Virus record (IMG/VR): IMGVR_UViG_3300024496_000014 | Source of the DNA: an uncultured virus (IMG/VR IMGVR_UViG_3300024496_000014) | Lineage: Duplodnaviria; Heunggongvirae; Uroviricota; Caudoviricetes | DNA length: 64,000 bases | Reading direction: 5' to 3' (one strand) | Part shown: positions 9,187 through 17,977 of the stretch, piece by piece | How the letters are laid out: every line of letters starts with the position of its first letter | Position numbering within the stretch: the stretch's first letter is position 1 | Program-made: the position numbers and the translations under genes | The notes under the pieces: generated by a model | Database searches by the model: none | What the model saw: only the letters and a program-made list of their open reading frames with translations | Told to the model about the DNA's origin: nothing

Positions 9187-10272
9187 ATGGCAAAAGCACA
9201 AGACGTTTCCGTCCGTCAAGTTGGCCCTAAGGGTGCCAAAAAAGCAATCCGTCACGCAATTAAAATGCGTCGTCCTGTATTCCTGTGGGGCCCTCCAGGT
9301 ATTGGTAAGTCCGATCTCGTGAAGCAGATCGGTGATGATTCCAACCGTGAGGTTATTGATGTGCGCCTAGCACTTTGGGAACCCACCGACATCAAAGGTA
9401 TTCCGTATTACAACGCAGACCAGGGCAAGATGGTTTGGGCTCCTCCCGCAGAACTGCCCATTGACCCAGAGTCCACTGCTATCATCTTCTTGGATGAATT
9501 GAACTCTGCTCCTCCTGCTGTTCAGGCCGCGGCCTATCAGTTGGTGCTGAACCGTCGTGTTGGTACCTATGTTCTGCCTAAGGGTGTTGACGTAGTCGCC
9601 GCTGGTAACCGTGAAGGTGACCGTGGTGTTACCTATCGTATGCCTGCTCCGTTGGCTAACCGCTTCCTGCACTTGGAAATGAAGGTGGACTTTGATGACT
9701 GGCAAGATTGGGCTACCCTTAACAAGGTGCATCCTGAGGTTGTAGGTTATGTGGGTTTTGCCAAGCAAGACTTGTATGACTTCGATCCTAAGAGCCCTAG
9801 CAAGTCATTTGCTACTCCTCGTTCTTGGAGTTTCGTCAGCGACCTGTTAGGTGATGACGGTGTTGACGAAGATACTTTGTCTACATTGGTAAGTGGTGCT
9901 ATTGGTGACGGCTTGGCTGTTAAGTTTATGGCTCACCGTAAGATTGCTGGCAAATTGCCTAAGGCAGAAGACATCCTTATTGGCAAGGTCAAGGACCTTC
10001 AGATCAAGGAAGTGTCAGCGATGTATTCTTTGACCGTTTCATTGTGCTACGAGTTGAAAGACCGTGCAGAGAAAAAGGTTAAAGATTGGGATGCTCAGGC
10101 AGACAACTTCTTCCGCTACATGATGGACAATTTCCCAACTGAGATTGTGGTCATGGGTGCTAAGACTGCTCTTACCAACTACGACTTGCCGTTGGACGCT
10201 ACAAAGATGAAGAGCTTTGACGAGTTCCACAAGCGTTTTGGTAAGTATGTTTTGAAAGCGATGGAGAATTAA
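9187..10272 (+). CDS. MoxR-like AAA+ ATPase
   Basis: GPPGIGKS, IIFLDELN, AAGNR, PLANRF, TPRSW motifs. Confidence 0.9.
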   Translation: MAKAQDVSVRQVGPKGAKKAIRHAIKMRRPVFLWGPPGIGKSDLVKQIGDDSNREVIDVRLALWEPTDIKGIPYYNADQGKMVWAPPAELPIDPESTAIIFLDELNSAPPAVQAAAYQLVLNRRVGTYVLPKGVDVVAAGNREGDRGVTYRMPAPLANRFLHLEMKVDFDDWQDWATLNKVHPEVVGYVGFAKQDLYDFDPKSPSKSFATPRSWSFVSDLLGDDGVDEDTLSTLVSGAIGDGLAVKFMAHRKIAGKLPKAEDILIGKVKDLQIKEVSAMYSLTVSLCYELKDRAEKKVKDWDAQADNFFRYMMDNFPTEIVVMGAKTALTNYDLPLDATKMKSFDEFHKRFGKYVLKAMEN

Positions 10273-10429
10273 GACCTCGCCCATCGCCGGGCGGGGGCTC
10301 ACCCAGGGCTTCCGCCCACCTTTTGGAGTGCCGGGCGGTGTTGTAAATACGCAACATCGTCCGGTTTCTTTTTGGTTGACAAACCCGGATCCTGGTGCTA
10401 TAATATACACATACTAAGGAGAGCGACTA

Positions 10430-11638
10430 ATGTCTACAAACATCGTTGATAAATTAACTACTGCACGGGTCGGTCTATTGCTCAAAGCACCGTTCTTTGG
10501 CAACATGGCAACTCGTATGCGTTTAGTCTGTGCTGACGACTGGTGCCCTACTGCGGCGACCAATGGCCGTGACTTTTATTACAACACAAAGTTCATCGAA
10601 AAACTTTCAGAGAAAAAACTAGAGTTCCTGTTTGGTCACGAGATCCTTCACTGCGTGTTTGATCACTTTGGCCGTGTAGGTAGCCGTGATCGTCAACTTT
10701 CTAACATCGCACAGGACTTTGCTGTAAACCAAATCCTTGTAGACGAGCGTATTGGTGAGAAGATCACTGAGGTTAAGATCTGTTATGATCCTAAGTTCCG
10801 TGGACTTGCTTGGGAAGAAATCTACGATATTCTGTATGAAAAAGCAGAGAAGATTCCTATGGATCAACTGATGAAAGAGTTGGGCGATCTGTTGGACGAG
10901 CACATTAAGGAACAAGAGGGTGCTGGCTCAGAAGATGACAAGACCAAAGACGGTAAGAGCAAGCCTAGCCTTAGCAAAGAAGAAGCAGAACGCATCAAGC
11001 AAGAGATCAAAGAAGCAATGATCCAAAGTGCCGCGGCCGCTGGTGCAGGCAAGACTCCTGCAGGCATTATGCGTATGATTAAGTCTATGACTGAGCCTAA
11101 GATGGACTGGCGTCAGTTGGTGCAACAAGAGATCCAAAGCATTGTTCGCAACGACTACTCCTTCCAGCGTGTTAATCGCAAGAGTATGCACTCAGGCGCA
11201 ATCTTGCCAGGCATGAAAGAAGCAACTACCATTGACGTGGCTATTGCTGTTGACATGAGTGGTAGTATTGGTGAAGAAGATGCCAGCACATTCCTTTCGG
11301 AGATCAAAGGCATCATGGACCAATACGAGGACTTCAAGATCAACCTGTGGTGCTTTGACACAGAGATCTATAACCCACAAGAGATCACTCATGACAACTC
11401 ACATGACTTGCTTGAGTATGAACCTCAAGGTGGCGGTGGCACAGACTTTGATGTCAACTTTACCTACATGGAAGAGAATGACATTCGCCCTAAGAAGTTC
11501 ATTATGTTCACAGACGGCTATCCCTGTGGTAGTTGGGGTCCTGAGGACTACTGCGACACAATCTTTATCGTTAAGGGCAATACACAAGCAGAGGCGCCCT
11601 TTGGTCAAACGGTGATCTACGAAAAAGAGGCGGGCTAG
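10430..11638 (+). CDS. Metallopeptidase-vWA protein (DUF2201-like), MoxR partner
   Basis: TAATNG, HEILH zincin motif, MIDAS DMSGS, GGGGTDF, FTDGY. Confidence 0.88.
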   Translation: MSTNIVDKLTTARVGLLLKAPFFGNMATRMRLVCADDWCPTAATNGRDFYYNTKFIEKLSEKKLEFLFGHEILHCVFDHFGRVGSRDRQLSNIAQDFAVNQILVDERIGEKITEVKICYDPKFRGLAWEEIYDILYEKAEKIPMDQLMKELGDLLDEHIKEQEGAGSEDDKTKDGKSKPSLSKEEAERIKQEIKEAMIQSAAAAGAGKTPAGIMRMIKSMTEPKMDWRQLVQQEIQSIVRNDYSFQRVNRKSMHSGAILPGMKEATTIDVAIAVDMSGSIGEEDASTFLSEIKGIMDQYEDFKINLWCFDTEIYNPQEITHDNSHDLLEYEPQGGGGTDFDVNFTYMEENDIRPKKFIMFTDGYPCGSWGPEDYCDTIFIVKGNTQAEAPFGQTVIYEKEAG

Positions 11639-11781
11639 GAGAGTGCCGGGGGGTGTGGCTAAAAAGCCACACTTCCACCAAAGGCCCCGCTGCTACACGT
11701 ATGCACGTATATAGATTATGGTTGACAGATAGATAATTTGGCCTTATAATACATATACACAGACACAGAAAGGGGCGGTAA

Positions 11782-11925
11782 ATGGAACTAGTAATTGCAT
11801 TTGTCCTTGGGCTCATAGTAATGGACTTAATGTGGGCCTGGCGCTTGGGCATCCCTCAGATGCTTTGGGCACGTTGGAAGTATCGCAAAGTCCTTAAACA
11901 AATGTCAGAACAGGAGCAATCATGA
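11782..11925 (+). CDS. Small membrane protein (not in ORF track)
   Basis: 47-aa ORF MELVIAFVLG... downstream of promoter at 11722. Confidence 0.55.
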   Translation: MELVIAFVLGLIVMDLMWAWRLGIPQMLWARWKYRKVLKQMSEQEQS

Positions 11926-12050
11926 AAGTATTCATCGCAGGTACAATCTTTGGTCTCGTAGTGGCTACCGTAGGATTATCGGGCATCGCTAAGATCTTCG
12001 ATAATGGGGTTGCCAAAGTCCAGGAAGTATCTAAAGAAGCTGCGAAGTAA
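11922..12050 (+). CDS. Small membrane protein (not in ORF track)
   Basis: 42-aa ORF MKVFIAGTIF..., AGGAG RBS, ATGA overlap. Confidence 0.55.
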   Translation: MKVFIAGTIFGLVVATVGLSGIAKIFDNGVAKVQEVSKEAAK

Positions 12051-12259
12051 TGCCTAGATACACGTTCTGGCGCAATTCTATAATCTGCGAAGTCTACGAA
12101 CTTGAAGCAGGTTCAGAAGAGGAAGCACGTGAAAAGCTCATGAATGGAGAAGTGGACCCAATGACCGAAGAATGGGTTGATTGGGCCACTGACAACTTCG
12201 AGCTGGAAGACGTGGAAGATGAATTGGTAACATTCTTAAAATCAAAGGAAACAACATGA
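12050..12259 (+). CDS. Hypothetical acidic protein
   Basis: ORF coupled to neighbours. Confidence 0.6.
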   Translation: MPRYTFWRNSIICEVYELEAGSEEEAREKLMNGEVDPMTEEWVDWATDNFELEDVEDELVTFLKSKETT

Positions 12260-12447
12260 CTTTTGGTATGATCGTTGAAGATCCCTTTTATGATGAAGAT
12301 GGTGTACTCATTGACGAGGATGCTGATTGGGAAGATGTTGCAGACCCGGGCGACCTAGTCTACAACGAAGACATCGGCGAATGGTTGGACAAAGAGCTAG
12401 CTGCTCACGATCGCACCTACAGCCCATTCGATACAATCAACAGCTAA
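12256..12447 (+). CDS. Hypothetical very acidic protein
   Basis: AAGGA RBS; D/E-rich. Confidence 0.6.
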   Translation: MTFGMIVEDPFYDEDGVLIDEDADWEDVADPGDLVYNEDIGEWLDKELAAHDRTYSPFDTINS

Positions 12448-12516
12448 CGTACATCATTTTGGTTGACAACTTGGCTTTTTGGTGTTAAACTATAGGCATA
12501 GTGAAAGGAGCCAGCT

Positions 12517-12720
12517 GTGAATCAAAATGAATTTGAATACCTGAAGCGAGCCGTTGATGCATTGGGATCGTCAGAGACAACTCCGATGGCCCGTGTCAAG
12601 ATCTTAAGGACGATGGAGCAGATCGCCGGACGCTGTGCCGTGGTGATCGAGAGGGAGTTCCAAGACCGCGTAGATCAGAACTTGGCCAATGCACATTTGG
12701 TTGACCTTTTGAGAAAATGA
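12517..12720 (+). CDS. Hypothetical protein
   Basis: Promoter at 12463, AAGGAG RBS, GTG start. Confidence 0.6.
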   Translation: MNQNEFEYLKRAVDALGSSETTPMARVKILRTMEQIAGRCAVVIEREFQDRVDQNLANAHLVDLLRK

Positions 12721-12754
12721 TTGTATAATTTTAACACTAACTTAAGGAGCGAAT

Positions 12755-13381
12755 ATGCCTAATTGGTGCAACAACAACTTGACGCTGGAGCATGATGATC
12801 CAGCAATGATTACCCGTGCTAAAGAAGCACTTGATCGTGGAGAGTTCCTGCAGGAGTTTATTCCTGTGCCCAAAGAACTCACAGAGACCATGGCAGGATC
12901 CTACGGGGATGATGCCAAACAAAAGGATCTGGAAGCACAGATGAAAGCCAATGTGGCCAAATATGGCTACAGCAACTGGTATGACTTCTGCGTGGGTGAA
13001 TGGGGAACCAAATGGGATGTAGGCGGTGATGGACAAAGCGACATCCACCCAGACGGTAAGAGTCTATTCACTTCTTTTGATTCAGCATGGTCACCACCCG
13101 TGAATGCTTATCAGAAGTTGGAACAACTTGGCTTCCGTGTGAACGCAATGTTCTACGAATCCGGTATGGCATTTGCTGGTATTTACGAAGATGGCAACTG
13201 CGAGGACTTTAGCCTAGAAGGCATGAGTGCCGATGAGATCGAGCAGAACTATCCAGAGTTGGACGAAGCATTCTGCATCGCCGAGGCTATCCGTGAATTC
13301 CAGGAAGAGGACGAAGAGCTCACAGAGTGGATCAAGGATGGTGTTGAGCAGAACAAGAAACTAGGACTTGTTTCAGAATGA
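12755..13381 (+). CDS. DUF1281/YubB-like ferredoxin-fold protein
   Basis: MPNWCNN, WYDF...WGTKWD, FDSAWSPP, FYESG motifs. Confidence 0.8.
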   Translation: MPNWCNNNLTLEHDDPAMITRAKEALDRGEFLQEFIPVPKELTETMAGSYGDDAKQKDLEAQMKANVAKYGYSNWYDFCVGEWGTKWDVGGDGQSDIHPDGKSLFTSFDSAWSPPVNAYQKLEQLGFRVNAMFYESGMAFAGIYEDGNCEDFSLEGMSADEIEQNYPELDEAFCIAEAIREFQEEDEELTEWIKDGVEQNKKLGLVSE

Positions 13382-13677
13382 TGCACATTGTTAAACTCGA
13401 CAAGAGATACGATGGTTATGGAAGATTTAGCCATCGTGTCGAGTTTATCAGTTATGGCGCAGGTGCGAGGCTTACAGATCAAAAGAATTGGATTAAGTCT
13501 CGCAACTACTTGTGGACGCAATTCGGTCCGAGTGCCGAATTGCACCTAGCTCGCCCAGAGTTATTCGATGGGGTCCAACCAAAATGGGCCTGGGATGATT
13601 CTAAGAGTGCTATATATTTGAAAGACGAATCTTACACAATGTTCGTTTTGAAATGGGAGTCATGGCAAAATGCCTAG
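13378..13677 (+). CDS. Hypothetical protein
   Basis: ORF overlapping upstream stop; W..FGPS motif. Confidence 0.6.
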   Translation: MMHIVKLDKRYDGYGRFSHRVEFISYGAGARLTDQKNWIKSRNYLWTQFGPSAELHLARPELFDGVQPKWAWDDSKSAIYLKDESYTMFVLKWESWQNA

Positions 13678-13864
13678 AGAGTTTAACTTCAGTTTTCACG
13701 TGGTCTGCGCCGGGGACGGCAAGGCAGACGTGGGCCGAGTCGAAGAAATGATCGATTTGGCCATGCAGGATCTGGTCTACGACGACGAGTTCATCGCCGC
13801 CTTGGACGAGAAGGACAGCGTTACTATTCAAGTAATTCCGCAATTTGGACAAACAAATGGTTGA
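13670..13864 (+). CDS. Hypothetical protein
   Basis: ORF. Confidence 0.55.
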   Translation: MPREFNFSFHVVCAGDGKADVGRVEEMIDLAMQDLVYDDEFIAALDEKDSVTIQVIPQFGQTNG

Positions 13865-13945
13865 CAAACTTGAATAGTGATGCTACATTATTAACATGCC
13901 CAATAGGCATATCTTTAACACACACACTTTTTGGAGAACTTTAAA

Positions 13946-14248
13946 ATGGCTACAGATAAGAAATTTGCGGTTGCTGGTGTTTCGACACTGGAAGGTAAGA
14001 CCAAGCTTCGTTTCGCTAACGATGTTATGCGCATCAAGATCTTGGCAAAGAACGGTCACAAGGATGTTGAGCTCGTTGAGCTGCCATCAGAGATGACCAA
14101 GGCTGAGGCTGTACAACACCTCAAGAGCGTTGGTTTCGGCTCAGGCAATGCTGCTGTACAAGCTGCGATCGCCTACGCTGAGAAGAAGAATCCAGCCCCT
14201 AAAGCTGTTAAGACTACTGCCGCGAAGGCAGAGGCTGTTACCGCTTAA
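13946..14248 (+). CDS. Small basic protein with Ala/Lys-rich tail (possible nucleic-acid binding)
   Basis: GGAGA RBS; KLRFAND...KNGH..V.LVELP..MTK.EA pattern; strongly biased codons. Confidence 0.65.
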   Translation: MATDKKFAVAGVSTLEGKTKLRFANDVMRIKILAKNGHKDVELVELPSEMTKAEAVQHLKSVGFGSGNAAVQAAIAYAEKKNPAPKAVKTTAAKAEAVTA

Positions 14249-14275
14249 ATCCGATTCGCTCCCGGTAGCGGTAAC
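14237..14275 (+). ncRNA. 3'-end hairpin with ATTCGCTCC loop (copy 2)
   Basis: Perfect 9-bp GTTACCGCT/AGCGGTAAC stem plus CCG/CGG closing stem. Confidence 0.58.
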
Positions 14276-14280
14276 CTTGG

Positions 14281-14317
14281 GCCCTAGTATGCACACGTAT
14301 ACTAGGGCGTTTTTTTT
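14281..14317 (+). terminator. Intrinsic terminator
   Basis: GCCCTAGTAT/ATACTAGGGC stem then T8. Confidence 0.85.
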
Positions 14318-14393
14318 GACTTCGGTTGACAACTGGATTAACTGATCATATAATAGTATTAACGAATTGGAGCACAGGAGCTTAAATACACAC

Positions 14394-14720
14394 ATGAGCA
14401 AATTAGAATACCTTGCAAGACCTCTGGTAGCATTCGATGCTTATAACAAAGATCATAGGCGCTACTACGCAGAGTTCCTAGAATACGGTGGATGGGGGCG
14501 ATGTCCAGTTCGCTTTATTTGTCCCAGTGATTCCGGTTCAGATCTAACACTAATGATCAAGAACCACCTAACTGAATACTACATTGATCGCGAGTTTGGG
14601 GGCGGCAAACTGCAACAGCTCAAAAGCGAAGAACTCAGCGAAACCGCAGACGAAATGTATCGAAGAGCAGGGAAACTTCGTAAGGAAGCAGCCGCCCTGT
14701 TGAATCCCAGGAGAACCTAA
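14394..14720 (+). CDS. Conserved phage hypothetical protein
   Basis: RPLVAFDAYNKDHR...WGRCPVRF motif. Confidence 0.62.
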   Translation: MSKLEYLARPLVAFDAYNKDHRRYYAEFLEYGGWGRCPVRFICPSDSGSDLTLMIKNHLTEYYIDREFGGGKLQQLKSEELSETADEMYRRAGKLRKEAAALLNPRRT

Positions 14721-15106
14721 TGAGCGACCTTGATGTAACCATGATCATCCTTTACGGCCTTGGCCTACTTTCAGGCTGGTGGGCATCTAAGATCTTTCAT
14801 CTGCACCTACTACGCAGCATCCTGAAGGATCTTGGGGTGAGTCAGCAGGATCTACTCGCACTCCTTAACCGATCAGAAGAAGAATCATCCGATGATCCCG
14901 AGCTGGATCAGATCGATATCAAAGTTGAGAAGCATAGTAACACACTCTATGCGTTTCGTAAAGACAACGATCAGTTCCTAGGGCAGGGCAACAGCAAGGA
15001 GCAGCTGATCGAAGCCATGGCGCAGCGTATGAAGAATGTAAGGTTGATCGTGGTTGAGGGCCGTGAATACATGGAGTCCAAAACGGTTGACACGACCGCG
15101 GTTTGA
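14720..15106 (+). CDS. Membrane-anchored hypothetical protein
   Basis: N-terminal TM segment; FLGQG motif. Confidence 0.62.
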   Translation: MSDLDVTMIILYGLGLLSGWWASKIFHLHLLRSILKDLGVSQQDLLALLNRSEEESSDDPELDQIDIKVEKHSNTLYAFRKDNDQFLGQGNSKEQLIEAMAQRMKNVRLIVVEGREYMESKTVDTTAV

Positions 15107-15121
15107 GCTTACAATTGAGTT

Positions 15122-15673
15122 ATGAAAATTACAGAACTCCAGAACCTATACCGCGCAGGCCAGATCATCCGCAAGGCAGATCACGCAGACAAGTTGGACA
15201 TCCAATTGGATCCCACAATGACTCGCGAGCTGTTTCGACAAGAAGTTGGCCGTGTTTACTTCATCGTAGTCAACGGTGAAATCAAGAAGATTGGCGGCTC
15301 ACAGGCCAAGGGCGGACTCAAGGGAACCTTAGGGGCCTACTTCACTGGTTTTGCCAAGGGCATGAGCGCCAGGACCTATTGCGTATGGAACTTCATGCGC
15401 CAGCAGATCGATCAAGGGCACACGGTTGAGATCTATGTTACATTTGCTCCCCTGGTTGAAGCAACCATTCCAGGTCCCCTGGGACATGTAACCGTACACA
15501 TTCCTGTAGACTATCATACCATTGAGAAGAGCTACGTGGATCACTTCGTGCTGGTCGAGAGCAAGCATCCTTACTTGAACATGCAGGAAAGTGCGGGCCG
15601 TTGGGAAGATACGGGGCTTTTAGAAGGCTATCACGGGCTTTGGGTTCCACAACAAGAAACCCTAGCAGCCTAA
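15122..15673 (+). CDS. Putative GIY-YIG-superfamily endonuclease
   Basis: GRVYFIVVNGEIKKIGGS, distal E and P.LN; ATG lies 6 nt after a -10 box (possibly leaderless). Confidence 0.5.
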   Translation: MKITELQNLYRAGQIIRKADHADKLDIQLDPTMTRELFRQEVGRVYFIVVNGEIKKIGGSQAKGGLKGTLGAYFTGFAKGMSARTYCVWNFMRQQIDQGHTVEIYVTFAPLVEATIPGPLGHVTVHIPVDYHTIEKSYVDHFVLVESKHPYLNMQESAGRWEDTGLLEGYHGLWVPQQETLAA

Positions 15674-15752
15674 GGGTTATTCAAAAAAGTGGTTGACAAC
15701 AGCCTCTAGATCGCATATAATACAAGCTCAACAAACAACTTAGGAGCGAAAC

Positions 15753-16106
15753 ATGGAAGCACAAGCACGTGAGTATTTTGTCCGTCGTCTTAACGAAGTA
15801 GCACAAGAAAAAGTGCAGGCCAAAGCAGTAGAACTTTACGGCGCAAGTGGCCGTCCAGAACAGCCTACTTGGGGCATGGTGTTTGAGGGCATTAAATCCG
15901 GCGAGATTACCCTTAAAGCAGACAAGGTGGACTATACGGGTCCTTACCTCAACCCTACGGACGTGGAGTGGCCTGCTATGGAAGCCAAAAAGGCAGAGCT
16001 GGAAGCATATCGCAAGTTGGTAGCCGCTGAGAAGCAACGGGCTATGGACGCTGTCTATTTGGACGAGAGCGCACAAGAAGCCCTTAAGGCTTTTGAAGCA
16101 ATTTAA
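15753..16106 (+). CDS. Hypothetical protein
   Basis: Own promoter, AGGAGCGAA RBS. Confidence 0.7.
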   Translation: MEAQAREYFVRRLNEVAQEKVQAKAVELYGASGRPEQPTWGMVFEGIKSGEITLKADKVDYTGPYLNPTDVEWPAMEAKKAELEAYRKLVAAEKQRAMDAVYLDESAQEALKAFEAI

Positions 16107-16193
16107 ACAACAAAAGCCCTACACTCCGTAGGGCTTTTTCTTGACCTTTTGGCACTTTGGACATATAATACACTTACACAGAAGGAGAAGTGT

Positions 16194-16376
16194 ATGAGAG
16201 TAGAAGTCAAAAGCCTATACAGAGTTCAATGCACAGAGTATGAAAGAGGCTATGGTCAAAGGGACATGGGTGTGGTGTTCTTTGACACAGAAGAAGAAGC
16301 CAAGCAGTTCTGCCTAGAATACGCCTCGGGTGATAGCGAATGCTACTTCCGAGCAAGCTACGAAAAGATCAACTAA
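16194..16376 (+). CDS. Hypothetical protein
   Basis: Promoter at 16141, AAGGAG RBS. Confidence 0.62.
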   Translation: MRVEVKSLYRVQCTEYERGYGQRDMGVVFFDTEEEAKQFCLEYASGDSECYFRASYEKIN

Positions 16377-16392
16377 TTCTAGAAAGCCTAAA

Positions 16393-16629
16393 ATGAAAAG
16401 CAAAGACACACAGATCTACAAGAACATTGGCTCTATCCAGGCAGTACAGGGTGACGAAGGCCGCTACTACTTCTACACTCACTTTGCTACAGGTAACACC
16501 TGCGACGAAGACACTATCAAAGGTGCCAAAGAGATGTTGGATTGGGAAGAAAAGAACCATCAAGAAGTACAGGCTGCGATCCGTGTGCTTCAGGGTCGAG
16601 GTTACAGAGTATTCAAAGAGGTTTGTTAA
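16393..16629 (+). CDS. Hypothetical protein
   Basis: ORF. Confidence 0.55.
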   Translation: MKSKDTQIYKNIGSIQAVQGDEGRYYFYTHFATGNTCDEDTIKGAKEMLDWEEKNHQEVQAAIRVLQGRGYRVFKEVC

Positions 16630-16868
16630 TGGGATGGGTAGTCTACGATGCTCGTACGGGGCACATGCAAAAGTATTACAAGCTGGCCCGTACAGCCAAG
16701 AGTATCGTCACGCAGCACAACACAGAACGAATCTATGAGGACTGGATCTATCGTCCTCAGAGCACTTGGGCCTGCTGCTCCTATGCAGACTACGAAGGGA
16801 TCTTAATGGGTCTGCGTGGGGAAGCGTTTAAGATGTGGCAGTTTGTTAAGAATAACCCGCAGAGCTAA
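16629..16868 (+). CDS. Hypothetical protein
   Basis: GAGG RBS, TAATG coupling. Confidence 0.55.
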   Translation: MGWVVYDARTGHMQKYYKLARTAKSIVTQHNTERIYEDWIYRPQSTWACCSYADYEGILMGLRGEAFKMWQFVKNNPQS

Positions 16869-16937
16869 AGGGTCTTTCTTTTTGGTTGACCTTTGGGCCT
16901 TTTGGTGCTATACTATAGGTATAGTAAGGAGCGTGAA

Positions 16938-17186
16938 ATGATAACAGAAAAACAACGTGTTGTAAATGCCCTAAAGGGTTGGCAGTTCATCCGTGGAACC
17001 CATGGTTGCTTGTATGATCGTGGCTCAGCAGATTCCTACTACGGCCGTCCACGTCAACCTCACTACGGTGGAGTGGGAGGCGATTCCGGCCGCCGAGTCT
17101 CGGTCAACGATGCTGCATCCGTGGCCGAATACTTGGCAGGCTACGACTACAACGAGCGTTATGGAGACAAAAAGAACTATGATTAA
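16938..17186 (+). CDS. Conserved phage protein (HG..YDRGSADSYYGR family)
   Basis: Motif; promoter at 16886, AAGGAGCG RBS. Confidence 0.68.
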   Translation: MITEKQRVVNALKGWQFIRGTHGCLYDRGSADSYYGRPRQPHYGGVGGDSGRRVSVNDAASVAEYLAGYDYNERYGDKKNYD

Positions 17187-17403
17187 TCATGGCCTACAAT
17201 GGCTGGGCACAGCCGCTCTGATCTCTATGTATATTGTGATGAGCTTCTTTCCTGAGCGATATCCGCTGAATATCCTCTTAGGATTACTGGGAGGTCTATG
17301 CTATTTTGCGTGGTCGTATCGTGTGGCAAATAAGCCACAGATGATCGTTAACTTCGCAGGAATAGCCGTGTGTGCCGCAGGGTTATTTCGTTATTTTGAT
17401 TGA
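17179..17403 (+). CDS. Small membrane protein (about 3 TM)
   Basis: Hydrophobic ORF, GGAG RBS. Confidence 0.6.
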   Translation: MINHGLQWLGTAALISMYIVMSFFPERYPLNILLGLLGGLCYFAWSYRVANKPQMIVNFAGIAVCAAGLFRYFD

Positions 17404-17460
17404 CACTCAGGCACTTTGGCTATACAATTAACACATACGCTAAACAACTAGGAGCAGAAA

Positions 17461-17643
17461 ATGGTTACACAAGCACAGGCAATGTTTGTATTTGTAGTAG
17501 GACTACTAATCACAATGTTGGGCACAGGTGGTGTAGAAGCCAGCATCTCTAACCTAGAACTTCTACAAGGTCTAGCAGTGGCCATCACTGGCCTAGGCTG
17601 TATGGGCTGTGGTGTGCTCATGCTTAGGCAAGCCGAGGACTAA
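17461..17643 (+). CDS. Small membrane protein
   Basis: Promoter at 17400, AGGAGC RBS, two TM segments. Confidence 0.62.
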   Translation: MVTQAQAMFVFVVGLLITMLGTGGVEASISNLELLQGLAVAITGLGCMGCGVLMLRQAED

Positions 17644-17644
17644 T

Positions 17645-17956
17645 ATGGAAGCCCTAGTTGAAACAACTGGGGGCCAGTTCCCCGCGCACACATATCTACT
17701 AGACGGTACTACCCTAGTAGCCTATGTAAAGGTCAACGAAACTACGCCCGTCTATTTCAAAAGCGGTATCAAGGGCTTTGATAAGCGTGGTAGGCAGTTC
17801 GTTAAGGGTAACATCAACTTATTCAAAGTAAAGGCAACTAATGACACAAGATCTGTCCAAGGCTCAAAAGGCCAAGTCTACTCAGTCAACGACGCAGAGA
17901 AAACCTGTACCTGTCCAGGATTTACATTTAGAGGTACCTGCAAACACTTGGGCTAA
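17645..17956 (+). CDS. SWIM zinc-finger protein
   Basis: GSKGQVYSV...CTCPGFTFRGTCKH. Confidence 0.78.
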   Translation: MEALVETTGGQFPAHTYLLDGTTLVAYVKVNETTPVYFKSGIKGFDKRGRQFVKGNINLFKVKATNDTRSVQGSKGQVYSVNDAEKTCTCPGFTFRGTCKHLG

Positions 17957-17977
17957 CATGATAAAGGTATTGATGCA

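Noticed and set aside
9367..11615. Antisense and alternate-frame ORFs inside the MoxR/vWA genes (similarly within helicase, terminase and sheath)
   Set aside because: Shadow ORFs of strongly biased coding sequence; no start signals or motifs
16113..16139. GCCC-N11-GGGC as a member of the ACCC-N11-GGGT operator family
   Set aside because: Has a longer stem and T-tail directly after a stop codon, and different spacing to the -35; better explained as a terminator
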